Translations under genes and position numbers: made by a program | Assembly: GCA_045047305.1 (NCBI GenBank) | Contig: JASFYO010000035.1 | Span: 1-46,180, forward strand | Direction of reading: 5' to 3' | DNA from: Planctomycetota bacterium | GTDB taxonomy: Bacteria; Planctomycetota; UBA1135 | Length of the DNA: 46,180 bases | The notes under the pieces: generated by a model | What the model was told of the DNA's origin: nothing | Database searches by the model: none | Seen by the model: only the letters and a program-made list of their open reading frames with translations | In this document: piece by piece, positions 38,484 through 46,180 of the stretch | Numbering within the stretch: the stretch's first letter is position 1 | Layout of the letters: the number at the start of each line of letters is the position of its first letter

Positions 38484-39028
38484 AAGAACCAGGAGAGGCC
38501 CACAGAGCCTGACCAGGAATCGGTATCCCCACCACTCACATCAGGCAGTAGGTAGCTGGTGTTTTGCAACTCCAGCTCAATGGCCAAATCCTCCTTAAAG
38601 AAGTGCATCACGCCAATCGAGCCAGTAAGGGCAGTCACGTTTTCCTCAAGGGCCCCTACACTTGCAGTGCCAAGACCGGCACTAATCTCCGCATACGGCC
38701 GAGTCGCACCGTAAGTCGTCATGTAGTAGCGGCCGAATAGGTTGAGCGCGGTGTAATCCAAATCGACCCCGCCGCCCCGATCGATGGTATCCAAGTCTCC
38801 ACTAAGACCAGCTTCTAGGTTGGCGCTGAAGAAGTACCCAAAGGCCCCGCCAAGCTGAGCGGCAGAGCCATTCATGAGACCGGTTCCGTTCGATGAGAAG
38901 CCGATATCGCCGGATAGACGCATCATGCCTGGCTCGAAATCCATGCCTTGAGGGTGAGCGCTGGGATGCGAGGAGCAGCTCGCGAATGCAGCGAGCGGGA
39001 GCAAAAGGAGGATGCGGTGAAGGTTCAT
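38480..39028 (-). CDS. Outer-membrane beta-barrel protein with lipoprotein-like signal
   Basis: Start MNLHRILLLLPLAAFAS|C at 39028; alternating beta-strands, RPYAEISAGLG, C-terminal VGLSWFF. Confidence 0.75.
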   Translation of the reverse strand: MNLHRILLLLPLAAFASCSSHPSAHPQGMDFEPGMMRLSGDIGFSSNGTGLMNGSAAQLGGAFGYFFSANLEAGLSGDLDTIDRGGGVDLDYTALNLFGRYYMTTYGATRPYAEISAGLGTASVGALEENVTALTGSIGVMHFFKEDLAIELELQNTSYLLPDVSGGDTDSWSGSVGLSWFF

Positions 39029-39134
39029 TGCGGAAAGTAAGTATCCCGGGTGGCTCAAAGAATACGCGGGTGAAGGTAGACCGTCAACCAGCGCGGGGCA
39101 CGGAGTCGGGAAGAAATCGTGCTCGTAAGGGGCT

Positions 39135-39701
39135 TTAAGGCAGTAATTTACGGACGATGTATGCGATTCTCTCTGGGCCATCGTCGTAAGAGAAGATGTA
39201 ACGCACCTTACCTTCCCGATCGATCAGGTAACTGCGTGTGGAATGATCCATGGTGTAAACCGCTGCTGAGTCCAAATCCACCCGCTCAAACCAGCCAGCA
39301 TAAGCGCCAATCACCTTCTCTATATTTGCTACCGAACCGCTCAGTCCCGTAACTGGGATATGAAAACTCGCAAGATAGGCACCCAGGATTTCTGGAGTAT
39401 CACGCTCCGGGTCAATGGAAACGAACAAGGTGCGGACCTCCTTCCCGGCATCGCCGAGCTTGGCGTAAACCTTTTCCAGCTTAAGTAGGGTAGTGGGACA
39501 GACGTCTGGGCAATGGGTGAAGCCGAAAAAGAGCAGGCGGACCTCTCCATCGTGTTCGGACAGGGTGTAGTCCTCACCATTTTGCGTGGTGAGAGTGAAA
39601 TCGCCACCAATCGAGATGTCATCGAACTCCAGAAGGCCGTCCTCAGGGTCACTGCAGGCGCCTAGGCACAACAGCAGACCCAGCAAGCAAGAAACTTTCA
39701 T
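39135..39701 (-). CDS. SCO1/SenC copper chaperone (lipoprotein)
   Basis: Start MKVSCLL..LGA|C at 39701 (ATGA overlap); FGFTHCPDVCP, SIDPERDT, MDHS. Confidence 0.93.
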   Translation of the reverse strand: MKVSCLLGLLLCLGACSDPEDGLLEFDDISIGGDFTLTTQNGEDYTLSEHDGEVRLLFFGFTHCPDVCPTTLLKLEKVYAKLGDAGKEVRTLFVSIDPERDTPEILGAYLASFHIPVTGLSGSVANIEKVIGAYAGWFERVDLDSAAVYTMDHSTRSYLIDREGKVRYIFSYDDGPERIAYIVRKLLP

Positions 39702-40150
39702 TGGACTTTGACTGGGGCTTCGATGGTGATGGCGCCCCCTTTTTCGAACTCTAAGGTAATTGGAATCACTTGCCCTTCTTCCCAAGCGCTGTCCAGCTCG
39801 AAAAACATTAGGTGACTACTTCCTGGCTTGAGCACCAAGGTTTCGCCTGGGGCAATCGAAAACGAATCCACACGACGCATTTTCATCTTGTCATCGATGA
39901 TTTCCATCGAATGCAGCTCTGCCACTCCCGCGCGAGGAGTGGATGCCCCAATCAAGCGACGCGACGCTGAACCCTTGTTCTCGATTTGCAGAAAGGCGGC
40001 ACTGTTTTCATGCGGAGGCCGCGAAGTACGGGCCCAGGCATGGGTGGGCATCAAAACCGAAACCGTTACCGCTTTTTCAGGTGTTGCTTCTTCGCCGCCA
40101 GAACAGGCCGACAAAAGGAAGATGGAGGACAGCAGGAGGGCGAGGCGCAT
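39698..40150 (-). CDS. PCu(A)C copper chaperone (lipoprotein)
   Basis: LSA|C lipobox; AWAR, ELHSM...MKMR, LKPGSSHLMF. Confidence 0.93.
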   Translation of the reverse strand: MRLALLLSSIFLLSACSGGEEATPEKAVTVSVLMPTHAWARTSRPPHENSAAFLQIENKGSASRRLIGASTPRAGVAELHSMEIIDDKMKMRRVDSFSIAPGETLVLKPGSSHLMFFELDSAWEEGQVIPITLEFEKGGAITIEAPVKVQ

Positions 40151-40209
40151 TTGCCCCTCATTTCACCACAGGAGAGCTCCTTCTGGAAGCCCCCCTGCCG
40201 TCCAAAAAA

Positions 40210-41700
40210 CTAAGAGATGGTCTCGTTGTGAATGTTGGAAACATTGCCAGTTTCCGTCATCTGTACCCAAATCGTGCGCCCAGTCAAGCCAGATGGCAGC
40301 AGGCGGTTGGTATCGACCACACCGAAGCTATCTGCAGTCAGGGTCAAACCAATCCGGTGATTGTTCAGGCCGAGGGTTTCACCAGTTGCTGGTTCAAAGC
40401 TGCTGCCCAATCCACTAAAGGAGTAAGCCAGAAGCACACTTCCCAAAGCAGTGCAATCATCCACGCGGATGTTCACCATGCTGCCAGCAGTCATGGTACC
40501 CATGGTCAGGAGCATGGGTACACCAGGCCCGGTTGCTTCCACAGCTGCACGCAAGTTCACGCGGCCGAAACCAAAAGTATTGTCTTCGCCTACTGCACCG
40601 ATGTCATCGCAAGAGCTGAGAAGAATGTCTTCCACAGCCTGTGCCGAGATACCTGGGTTTTGCGCAAAGATCATCGCAGCTACACCATTGGTCAGTGGAG
40701 TTGCAAAACTGGTTCCAGAGGGTGCAGAGTAACCCCCACCACGTGCCGTACTCTCAATGTTTACACCTGGAGCCACACAATCCACTGCCAGGCCATAGCT
40801 GGAGAAACCTGCCTTATTGTCATTGGAATCGGTGGCGCCAACGACGATGACATCGGGGTAATCGAAACCACTGTGGTTGGTGTTGGAATTATCCGCAGCG
40901 TAGAAGTAAAGCCCACCTTGTCCCTTAATGTAGGTACCTGTGGTTCCAATGCTTGGGTTCTGCACCCCAGAATAGCTTGCACTAATTGTGGATGCGCCAG
41001 CATTCACAGCTACGCGTGCACCATCGGTTAGGTCGCTCAAGAACGCGCCGCCGCTTGCTGCCTCGCTTACACGAATCGGCATGAGTTGGATATTCCAAGC
41101 TACGCCTGCAACACCAATGCCGTTATTGCCGTCGGCGCCAATGCAGCCGCCAACCCAAGTACCGTGACCATTGATATCTTCAATATCACCGCCAGCACTT
41201 TGCCAAACACCAGAAACCTGGTTGTATCCAGGAATCAAGTTATTCACCAAGTCGGGGTGATTGGTATCGACACCAGTATCTGTGTAAGCGGCAATGATGG
41301 TCGGTGCATCGGTGATGGTGTTCCAAGCAAGCTCCGACTCCATGTTCTGGTGGTGCCATTGCTGGTTGAACAGCGGATCATTGGGCGTATTCAGTGGATA
41401 GAGCATCCAGTCAGGGTGGACGTACTGATAATCACCAGTAGCCATCAGCCATTCGTGAACTCCGTCTTCGGTCATGCCCGTAGGAAGGGTGATGACGTAT
41501 TCGTCCACCTCTTTGGAGTACTTAATGACCAAGCCATCCAGGCGAGTGCGAGTTTCTGCAGAAATTTCGGCGTTCTGCAAAGGGCGCACAATCATGCGGC
41601 CAGTGAGCTCTTCAAAGCCAGGCTGGTCTTGAAAATGGGACTGCGCGGCAAGAGGTAGGCCGAGCAAAAACGCTGCGGCGAGGGTTAAGGCTGTTTTCAT
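40210..41700 (-). CDS. Secreted S8 subtilisin-like serine protease (thermitase-like) with C-terminal extension
   Basis: Signal peptide; catalytic triad DTG / HGT / GTSFATP; FSSYG, VAPG, FGFGRVN. Confidence 0.93.
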   Translation of the reverse strand: MKTALTLAAAFLLGLPLAAQSHFQDQPGFEELTGRMIVRPLQNAEISAETRTRLDGLVIKYSKEVDEYVITLPTGMTEDGVHEWLMATGDYQYVHPDWMLYPLNTPNDPLFNQQWHHQNMESELAWNTITDAPTIIAAYTDTGVDTNHPDLVNNLIPGYNQVSGVWQSAGGDIEDINGHGTWVGGCIGADGNNGIGVAGVAWNIQLMPIRVSEAASGGAFLSDLTDGARVAVNAGASTISASYSGVQNPSIGTTGTYIKGQGGLYFYAADNSNTNHSGFDYPDVIVVGATDSNDNKAGFSSYGLAVDCVAPGVNIESTARGGGYSAPSGTSFATPLTNGVAAMIFAQNPGISAQAVEDILLSSCDDIGAVGEDNTFGFGRVNLRAAVEATGPGVPMLLTMGTMTAGSMVNIRVDDCTALGSVLLAYSFSGLGSSFEPATGETLGLNNHRIGLTLTADSFGVVDTNRLLPSGLTGRTIWVQMTETGNVSNIHNETIS

Positions 41701-42307
41701 TTAGGGTAGGTTCGTTTAGGGCGAAACTTGGGGGAGTATAGAAATCTAACATGCGCGAAGCTGTTTGCACGGGTTTCTGTATGCTCAAGCTCATAAAATA
41801 ATTACGAATTTACGGAACCTAAACCGAATTCCTTCTGTGGCTCCTTCTACAAGCCCCTTAACGGCACGTACACCAGCTATGTCCTCATCAGGCTACACCT
41901 TGCTTCGCACGTCTCCGTGCCCGTGCAAAACGGTTGAACCTGGGCGGGCAGTCGCCATTCAATAAGGTCTGGGGCCCAACTCGAGTCTATTCTTGCACTA
42001 CCCACTACAATTTGGATTTCCATCCGGAATTCGGTCTTAGAGACTCAATTATGAAACTTTCACCATTTCCCCAATCTTCCTTGGTTCGGGACGTATCCAT
42101 CCAACTGAGGTTCTCCAATAGCCTGCTTCGAGCAACAGAAATCACGAATTGCGCCTTCAGCTCACTCTTTAGGCGAGATGCCTGGGGCTTCACTCCCCCA
42201 TGCCTCCGGTCGATCTTCTTGTCGGATGCAGCATCCAAAAGTCTGCCACGGAAAAAAGACTAGTCTCGAGAATCGCATCATAAATCTCAAACCCTTAGAA
42301 TAACGCC

Positions 42308-44227
42308 ATGATTTCTCGTTGCTCCGGCATCCTTTTTTCCATGCTCTTGGCCTTGCCCTTAGCGGCTCAAGAGCCTGAGTTCCGTACGCCCTCCGCGCGG
42401 CCCGACACCACCATCTTTAGCCCACTGCGGCTTCCGACAGCAAATCGCATGCGCACTGGGGCGGGTAAACCTGGGGCAGATTACTGGCAACAGCAAGCGG
42501 ACTATGAGATCCAGGCCTCGCTCAATCCGGATACCCGGGTGGTGCATGGAACCGCGCACATCACCTACACCAATGCCTCGCCAGATGACTTAGATTACAT
42601 TTGGCTGAGCCTCGAGCAAAATGCCTTCCGCGAGGACAGCATTGCTGCACGCATTGGTGGAGCAACCGCCATCGGCATGAAGAATGCAGAGGGCGATGGC
42701 TACACCCTGAGCGCACTACAAGCGCGCGGCAAGGATTTAGAGTATTCGGTTTACGACACCATGGCGCGAGTCATGATGCCAAAGCCGATTAAAGCCAATG
42801 GCGGCAAGTTCGAATTTGATATTGAGTGGGATTTCACCATTCCGTTAAAAGTCTTTCGCCGCTTCGGCATTGCCGATTTTGACGACGGCAAAGTTTACGA
42901 AGTCGCGCAGTGGTTCCCGGCAGTCGCCGTTTACGACGATATCAATGGCTGGAACACACTCCCCTATCTAGGTACGGGTGAGTTTTACTCCAACTTTGGC
43001 ACCTACGATGTGGAACTTACCGTTCCACGTTCGATGATTCTTGTGGCCACTGGAGAGCTGCAAAACGAGCGCAAAGTGTTCACTGCGGAACAAGTAAAGC
43101 GTTTAAAAGCTGCACGCAAAAGCGAGGAAACCGTCATCATTCGCGGTGCGGATGAAATCGGCAACCCCGAAAGCCGTCCGCAAGGGGATGGTCCATTAAC
43201 TTGGAAGTTCCATGCGGAAAAGGTGCGTACGTTTGCTTGGGCGTGCTCGGACATCTTCATTCTCGATGCTGCATCCTCCGGCGATATTCTAATTCAATCG
43301 GCCTACCCAGAAGATGGGCTTCCGGTTTGGGGGAAATCCACCCAAATGCTAAAAACCTCGATTGAAGGTTATTCAAGCCGTTGGTTCCCATACCCCTACC
43401 CTGTAGCAACCAACGTGTTTGGTGCGGAAGGCGGCATGGAGTACCCGATGATCATTTTCTGCCGAGGGCGCAGTGAGAGCGGCGTTTATGGCGTCACGAC
43501 TCACGAAATTGGGCACAACTGGTTCCCCATGTTGGTGAACTCGGATGAGCGTCGGCACGCATGGATGGATGAAGGCTTTAACACTTTCATCAATGGCTAC
43601 TCAACCGAGGAATGGTTTGGGCCACAGCGTAAAAATGAAAATGATCCCGCGGCATTTGCTGCCTTCATGCTAATGCCAAACCAAATGCCAATTGACACTC
43701 CTGCCGATATGCTCGGCGGCAACTTACTCGGCATTTTAGAATATATGAAAACTGGCGTAGGCTTGACGCTACTGCGTGAAACGATCATGGGGCCAGAACG
43801 CTTCGACTTTGCCTTCCGCACATACATTAAGGAGTGGGCATTCAAATCACCCCAACCTGCGGACTTCTTCCGCTGCATGGAAGATGCCGCCGGCATGGAC
43901 CTTGCATGGTTCTGGCGCGGATGGTTTTACGAAACGAGCTACTTAGACCAAGCGGTCAGTGGCGTTTCTCAGGCAAACGGCAAGCGTGGTGCACGGATTC
44001 GTTTTGATAACCTCGGCGGTCTAGTGATGCCTCTGCATTTCCAAGTGGAGTACGAAGATGGCACCACGGAGGATTTCGAATACCCGGTGCAGATTTGGTT
44101 TCAGAATGACCGCATCATCCAAACGATTCCCGGTGACCGCATGATTCACAGCGTAACCATTGACCAAAAGCGTAAATTCCCAGAAGCCAAACGTTCCAAC
44201 AACACTTGGTCAGAGACCGACGGTTAA
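42308..44227 (+). CDS. Secreted M1-family zinc aminopeptidase
   Basis: Signal peptide; YWQQ, AQWFP, GGMEYP, HEIGH, WMDEGFN. Confidence 0.92.
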   Translation: MISRCSGILFSMLLALPLAAQEPEFRTPSARPDTTIFSPLRLPTANRMRTGAGKPGADYWQQQADYEIQASLNPDTRVVHGTAHITYTNASPDDLDYIWLSLEQNAFREDSIAARIGGATAIGMKNAEGDGYTLSALQARGKDLEYSVYDTMARVMMPKPIKANGGKFEFDIEWDFTIPLKVFRRFGIADFDDGKVYEVAQWFPAVAVYDDINGWNTLPYLGTGEFYSNFGTYDVELTVPRSMILVATGELQNERKVFTAEQVKRLKAARKSEETVIIRGADEIGNPESRPQGDGPLTWKFHAEKVRTFAWACSDIFILDAASSGDILIQSAYPEDGLPVWGKSTQMLKTSIEGYSSRWFPYPYPVATNVFGAEGGMEYPMIIFCRGRSESGVYGVTTHEIGHNWFPMLVNSDERRHAWMDEGFNTFINGYSTEEWFGPQRKNENDPAAFAAFMLMPNQMPIDTPADMLGGNLLGILEYMKTGVGLTLLRETIMGPERFDFAFRTYIKEWAFKSPQPADFFRCMEDAAGMDLAWFWRGWFYETSYLDQAVSGVSQANGKRGARIRFDNLGGLVMPLHFQVEYEDGTTEDFEYPVQIWFQNDRIIQTIPGDRMIHSVTIDQKRKFPEAKRSNNTWSETDG

Positions 44228-44259
44228 AGCGGGCCTAGAGCTCTCTCAGGCAGAGGCAG

Positions 44260-44292
44260 TGCGCTGACATTCCACCTAAAAATGTCAGCGCA
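44260..44292. promoter_or_regulatory. Perfect 12-bp inverted repeat with 9-nt spacer (operator or hairpin)
   Basis: TGCGCTGACATT-ccacctaaa-AATGTCAGCGCA; no U-tract follows. Confidence 0.5.
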
Positions 44293-44323
44293 AATGGTGA
44301 TATCCGTTTAACCTGGAACCACC

Positions 44324-46180
44324 ATGGTTTCCCTAAACCTCCGACGTCCACTCGCCGCACTCATCGCGTTTTGCCTGTTCGCGGGGCAAACCTTTGCTAC
44401 CTGGTCTATTGTGGTAGTGAACCGCCGCACCGGAGAAATCTGCGTGGCTTCAGCAACCTGCATTGAAGATTTCAACCTGCGCAATGCCTTGAGCATTATC
44501 GGCACGGAATCTGGAGGAGGCGCGGCGCAAGCGATGGTGTCCTCCGTCGCAGTGCGCACTCTGATTCAAGATTTGATTTTGCAAGGCGTACCACCAGAGG
44601 AAATATTGGACGCAGTCGATGCTATCGATAATATTTTCCAATCGCGCCAGTTTGGCATTGTGGATTTAGCCGGACGCGCGGTGACCTTTTCTGGAAGCAA
44701 TACTTTTGATCACGCCTCCGGCGTCACCGGGGAAATTGGCGACTTTGTTTATGCCATCCAAGGCAACATCCTTACTGGTTCGGCAGTCATCACGGAGGCC
44801 GAGCTTGCTTTCCGCAACACCCCGGGCGACTTGAGCCAACGCGTCATGGCCACCATGGAAGCCGCACAAGCCATGGGTGGCGACGGGCGTTGCTCCTGCG
44901 ATCCGCAAGCCCCAACGAGCTGTGGGTCTCCTCCAACCAGCTTTACAAAAAGTGCGCATGTAGGATTCCTCATCATCGCACGGCCTGGAGATGAACCATT
45001 CTGTGATGGTTTTGGCTGTGGCAAAGGCGATTTATACATGGTCATCAACAAGGCCGGTTTGATTGCATCGGACCCGGACCCAGTGTTTGAGATGCGCATT
45101 AAGTTCGATCAATTGCGGCTCGACTTAGACGATCGCCCCGACGGCAACCATTCCGAAGTATTCGCCTTTGATCCAGAAGTCCCTGCCGGACAACTAGCTC
45201 CAGTGAGCTATGTTTTGAGTTTGGCAGACGTAGATGGCGATGTGATTACCCACGGCGGCGCCACCATCACCATGCAACATGATCCGCGCTCTGCCGGTTT
45301 GTCCTCGCTACTGCAGGTCACCGATCACCTCGACGGCACCTACACCGTAGAAGTACAGCCGGGTACTGAAGCGGGGTTGGATTTACTCCGTTTCATTGTC
45401 GACGACGGCATTCGACCCGTCACCCTGTGGCCACCAGCGCGGTTACTCCACCGCGCTCCACTGCAAGCACCACAACTTGCCGGCACGGATGCTCCTGGCC
45501 TGCAATCCTTGGTTTCTATGCGTACCGCTTTCCCTCACGCGGATGGGCTTTCAGTTTGGATTCTCGGCAACCGCGGTCTTGGCGGTGAGCTTTTGCTGGC
45601 GGAGCGGGCAGACCTGCAATCCGATTTCATCATCAGCACCGACGTTGGGATTGCGCATTTCGCACTCGCATCCATACAAGGACTTTGGGTAAGCGCCGAC
45701 GGCCTGCGCATGACCCTTTCGGCCTTGGATGCCATTGGCGGCGTACCCCATCTATACTCCACTTCTCGCTTGAGCACTGCCGAAGATTTTGTCGAACCGA
45801 CCCTGTTGGTCGACTTGGATAGTGGGCTTGGCGAAGGTGGGGCTTGGCTCAGCGCAAATGAACTTGAGATTTGGTTTCACTCCTCGCGCGATGGCCAGTC
45901 CGACATCTGGCACGCGACGCGCCTCAATCCACAAGCGCGTTGGTTCCCACCGGAAAAAGTGACGACTCTTTCCACAACGTCGGAGGAGCGTAATCCTATG
46001 TTGGATCAAGGCGATACACGATTGGTGTTTTCACGCTTAGCGAACACCCCGGCGCTTGCCTTGTTCTCTGCACAACGCAACCTAGATGGCAGCTTTGCAA
46101 GTGCAACCCAACTGCCTGGTAGCTTCTCCGAATCCAGTGTGGATTTAGTTGCCATCGGTAGCACTCCCGCATCGTCTGGC
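44324..46180 (+). CDS. DUF1028 (Ntn-hydrolase-like) secreted protein with Ig-like and TolB/PD40-like C-terminal regions (runs off window)
   Basis: Missing from the ORF track; manually translated: MVSLNLRRPLAALIAFCLFAGQTFA|TWSIVVVNRRTGEICVASATC...RQFGIVD...YAIQGNIL...GGDGRC...VTDHLDGTYTVEV...IWFHSSRDGQSDIWHATR. Frame is open to the window end. Confidence 0.85.
   Translation, partial: MVSLNLRRPLAALIAFCLFAGQTFATWSIVVVNRRTGEICVASATCIEDFNLRNALSIIGTESGGGAAQAMVSSVAVRTLIQDLILQGVPPEEILDAVDAIDNIFQSRQFGIVDLAGRAVTFSGSNTFDHASGVTGEIGDFVYAIQGNILTGSAVITEAELAFRNTPGDLSQRVMATMEAAQAMGGDGRCSCDPQAPTSCGSPPTSFTKSAHVGFLIIARPGDEPFCDGFGCGKGDLYMVINKAGLIASDPDPVFEMRIKFDQLRLDLDDRPDGNHSEVFAFDPEVPAGQLAPVSYVLSLADVDGDVITHGGATITMQHDPRSAGLSSLLQVTDHLDGTYTVEVQPGTEAGLDLLRFIVDDGIRPVTLWPPARLLHRAPLQAPQLAGTDAPGLQSLVSMRTAFPHADGLSVWILGNRGLGGELLLAERADLQSDFIISTDVGIAHFALASIQGLWVSADGLRMTLSALDAIGGVPHLYSTSRLSTAEDFVEPTLLVDLDSGLGEGGAWLSANELEIWFHSSRDGQSDIWHATRLNPQARWFPPEKVTTLSTTSEERNPMLDQGDTRLVFSRLANTPALALFSAQRNLDGSFASATQLPGSFSESSVDLVAIGSTPASSG

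Noticed and set aside
39943..41031. 362-aa plus-strand ORF and similar long overlapping ORFs (e.g. 12825-13727, 15147-15800)
   Set aside because: They are antisense to well-supported genes and have no protein motifs.
41764..41929. Possible hammerhead ribozyme on the minus strand (CTGATGAG...GAAAC with a long flanking stem)
   Set aside because: The cleavage triplet would be GCA rather than NUH, and I could not form stems I and II.
42005..42263. Short ORFs (77 aa minus, 109 aa plus) in the S8-M1 gap as genes or IS remnants
   Set aside because: No recognisable motifs, RBS or transposase similarity.
44260..44292. CIRCE element (inverted repeat with N9 spacer)
   Set aside because: The arms do not match TTAGCACTC/GAGTGCTAA, and the downstream gene is not a chaperone.

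Overview
Gene-dense bacterial chromosome segment of moderate GC. It is probably from a Planctomycetota lineage, inferred from giant membrane-anchored ECF sigma factors, bacterial topoisomerase VI and planctomycete-style pilin and secretin sequences. Left part: OprO/P-type porin (runs off the left edge), PPi-type phosphofructokinase, AIM24/TIGR00266 protein, group II PLP decarboxylase, two convergent ~1000-aa ECF sigma factors, an M1 peptidase with a membrane protein, a short FliA/WhiG (sigma28) factor and divergent top6B/top6A. Centre (19.0-34.5 kb): type IV pilus/T2SS-like cluster with a pilin, PilMNO(P), secretin, TPR lipoprotein, a STAS-MshEN-PilB ATPase, PilC, three minor pilins and three tandem paralogous PilX-like proteins, one carrying a ~109-aa Asp/His/Gly repeat. 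Right part: deoxyhypusine-synthase-like gene coupled to a GT2/LAB_N/ArnT cassette, an OM beta-barrel, SCO and PCuAC copper chaperones, an S8 protease, a second M1 peptidase and a DUF1028 protein (runs off the right edge). Main finding: sigma28-type promoters (TyrAG-like -35, N14-15, KCCGYTAA) precede the pilin, PilX-2, PilX-3 and fliA, while a separate 38-bp motif is shared by the fliA and pilM upstream regions. Together with the STAS-fused assembly ATPase, this suggests a flagellum-like transcriptional hierarchy repurposed for a type IV pilus. This is a hypothesis, not yet tested.
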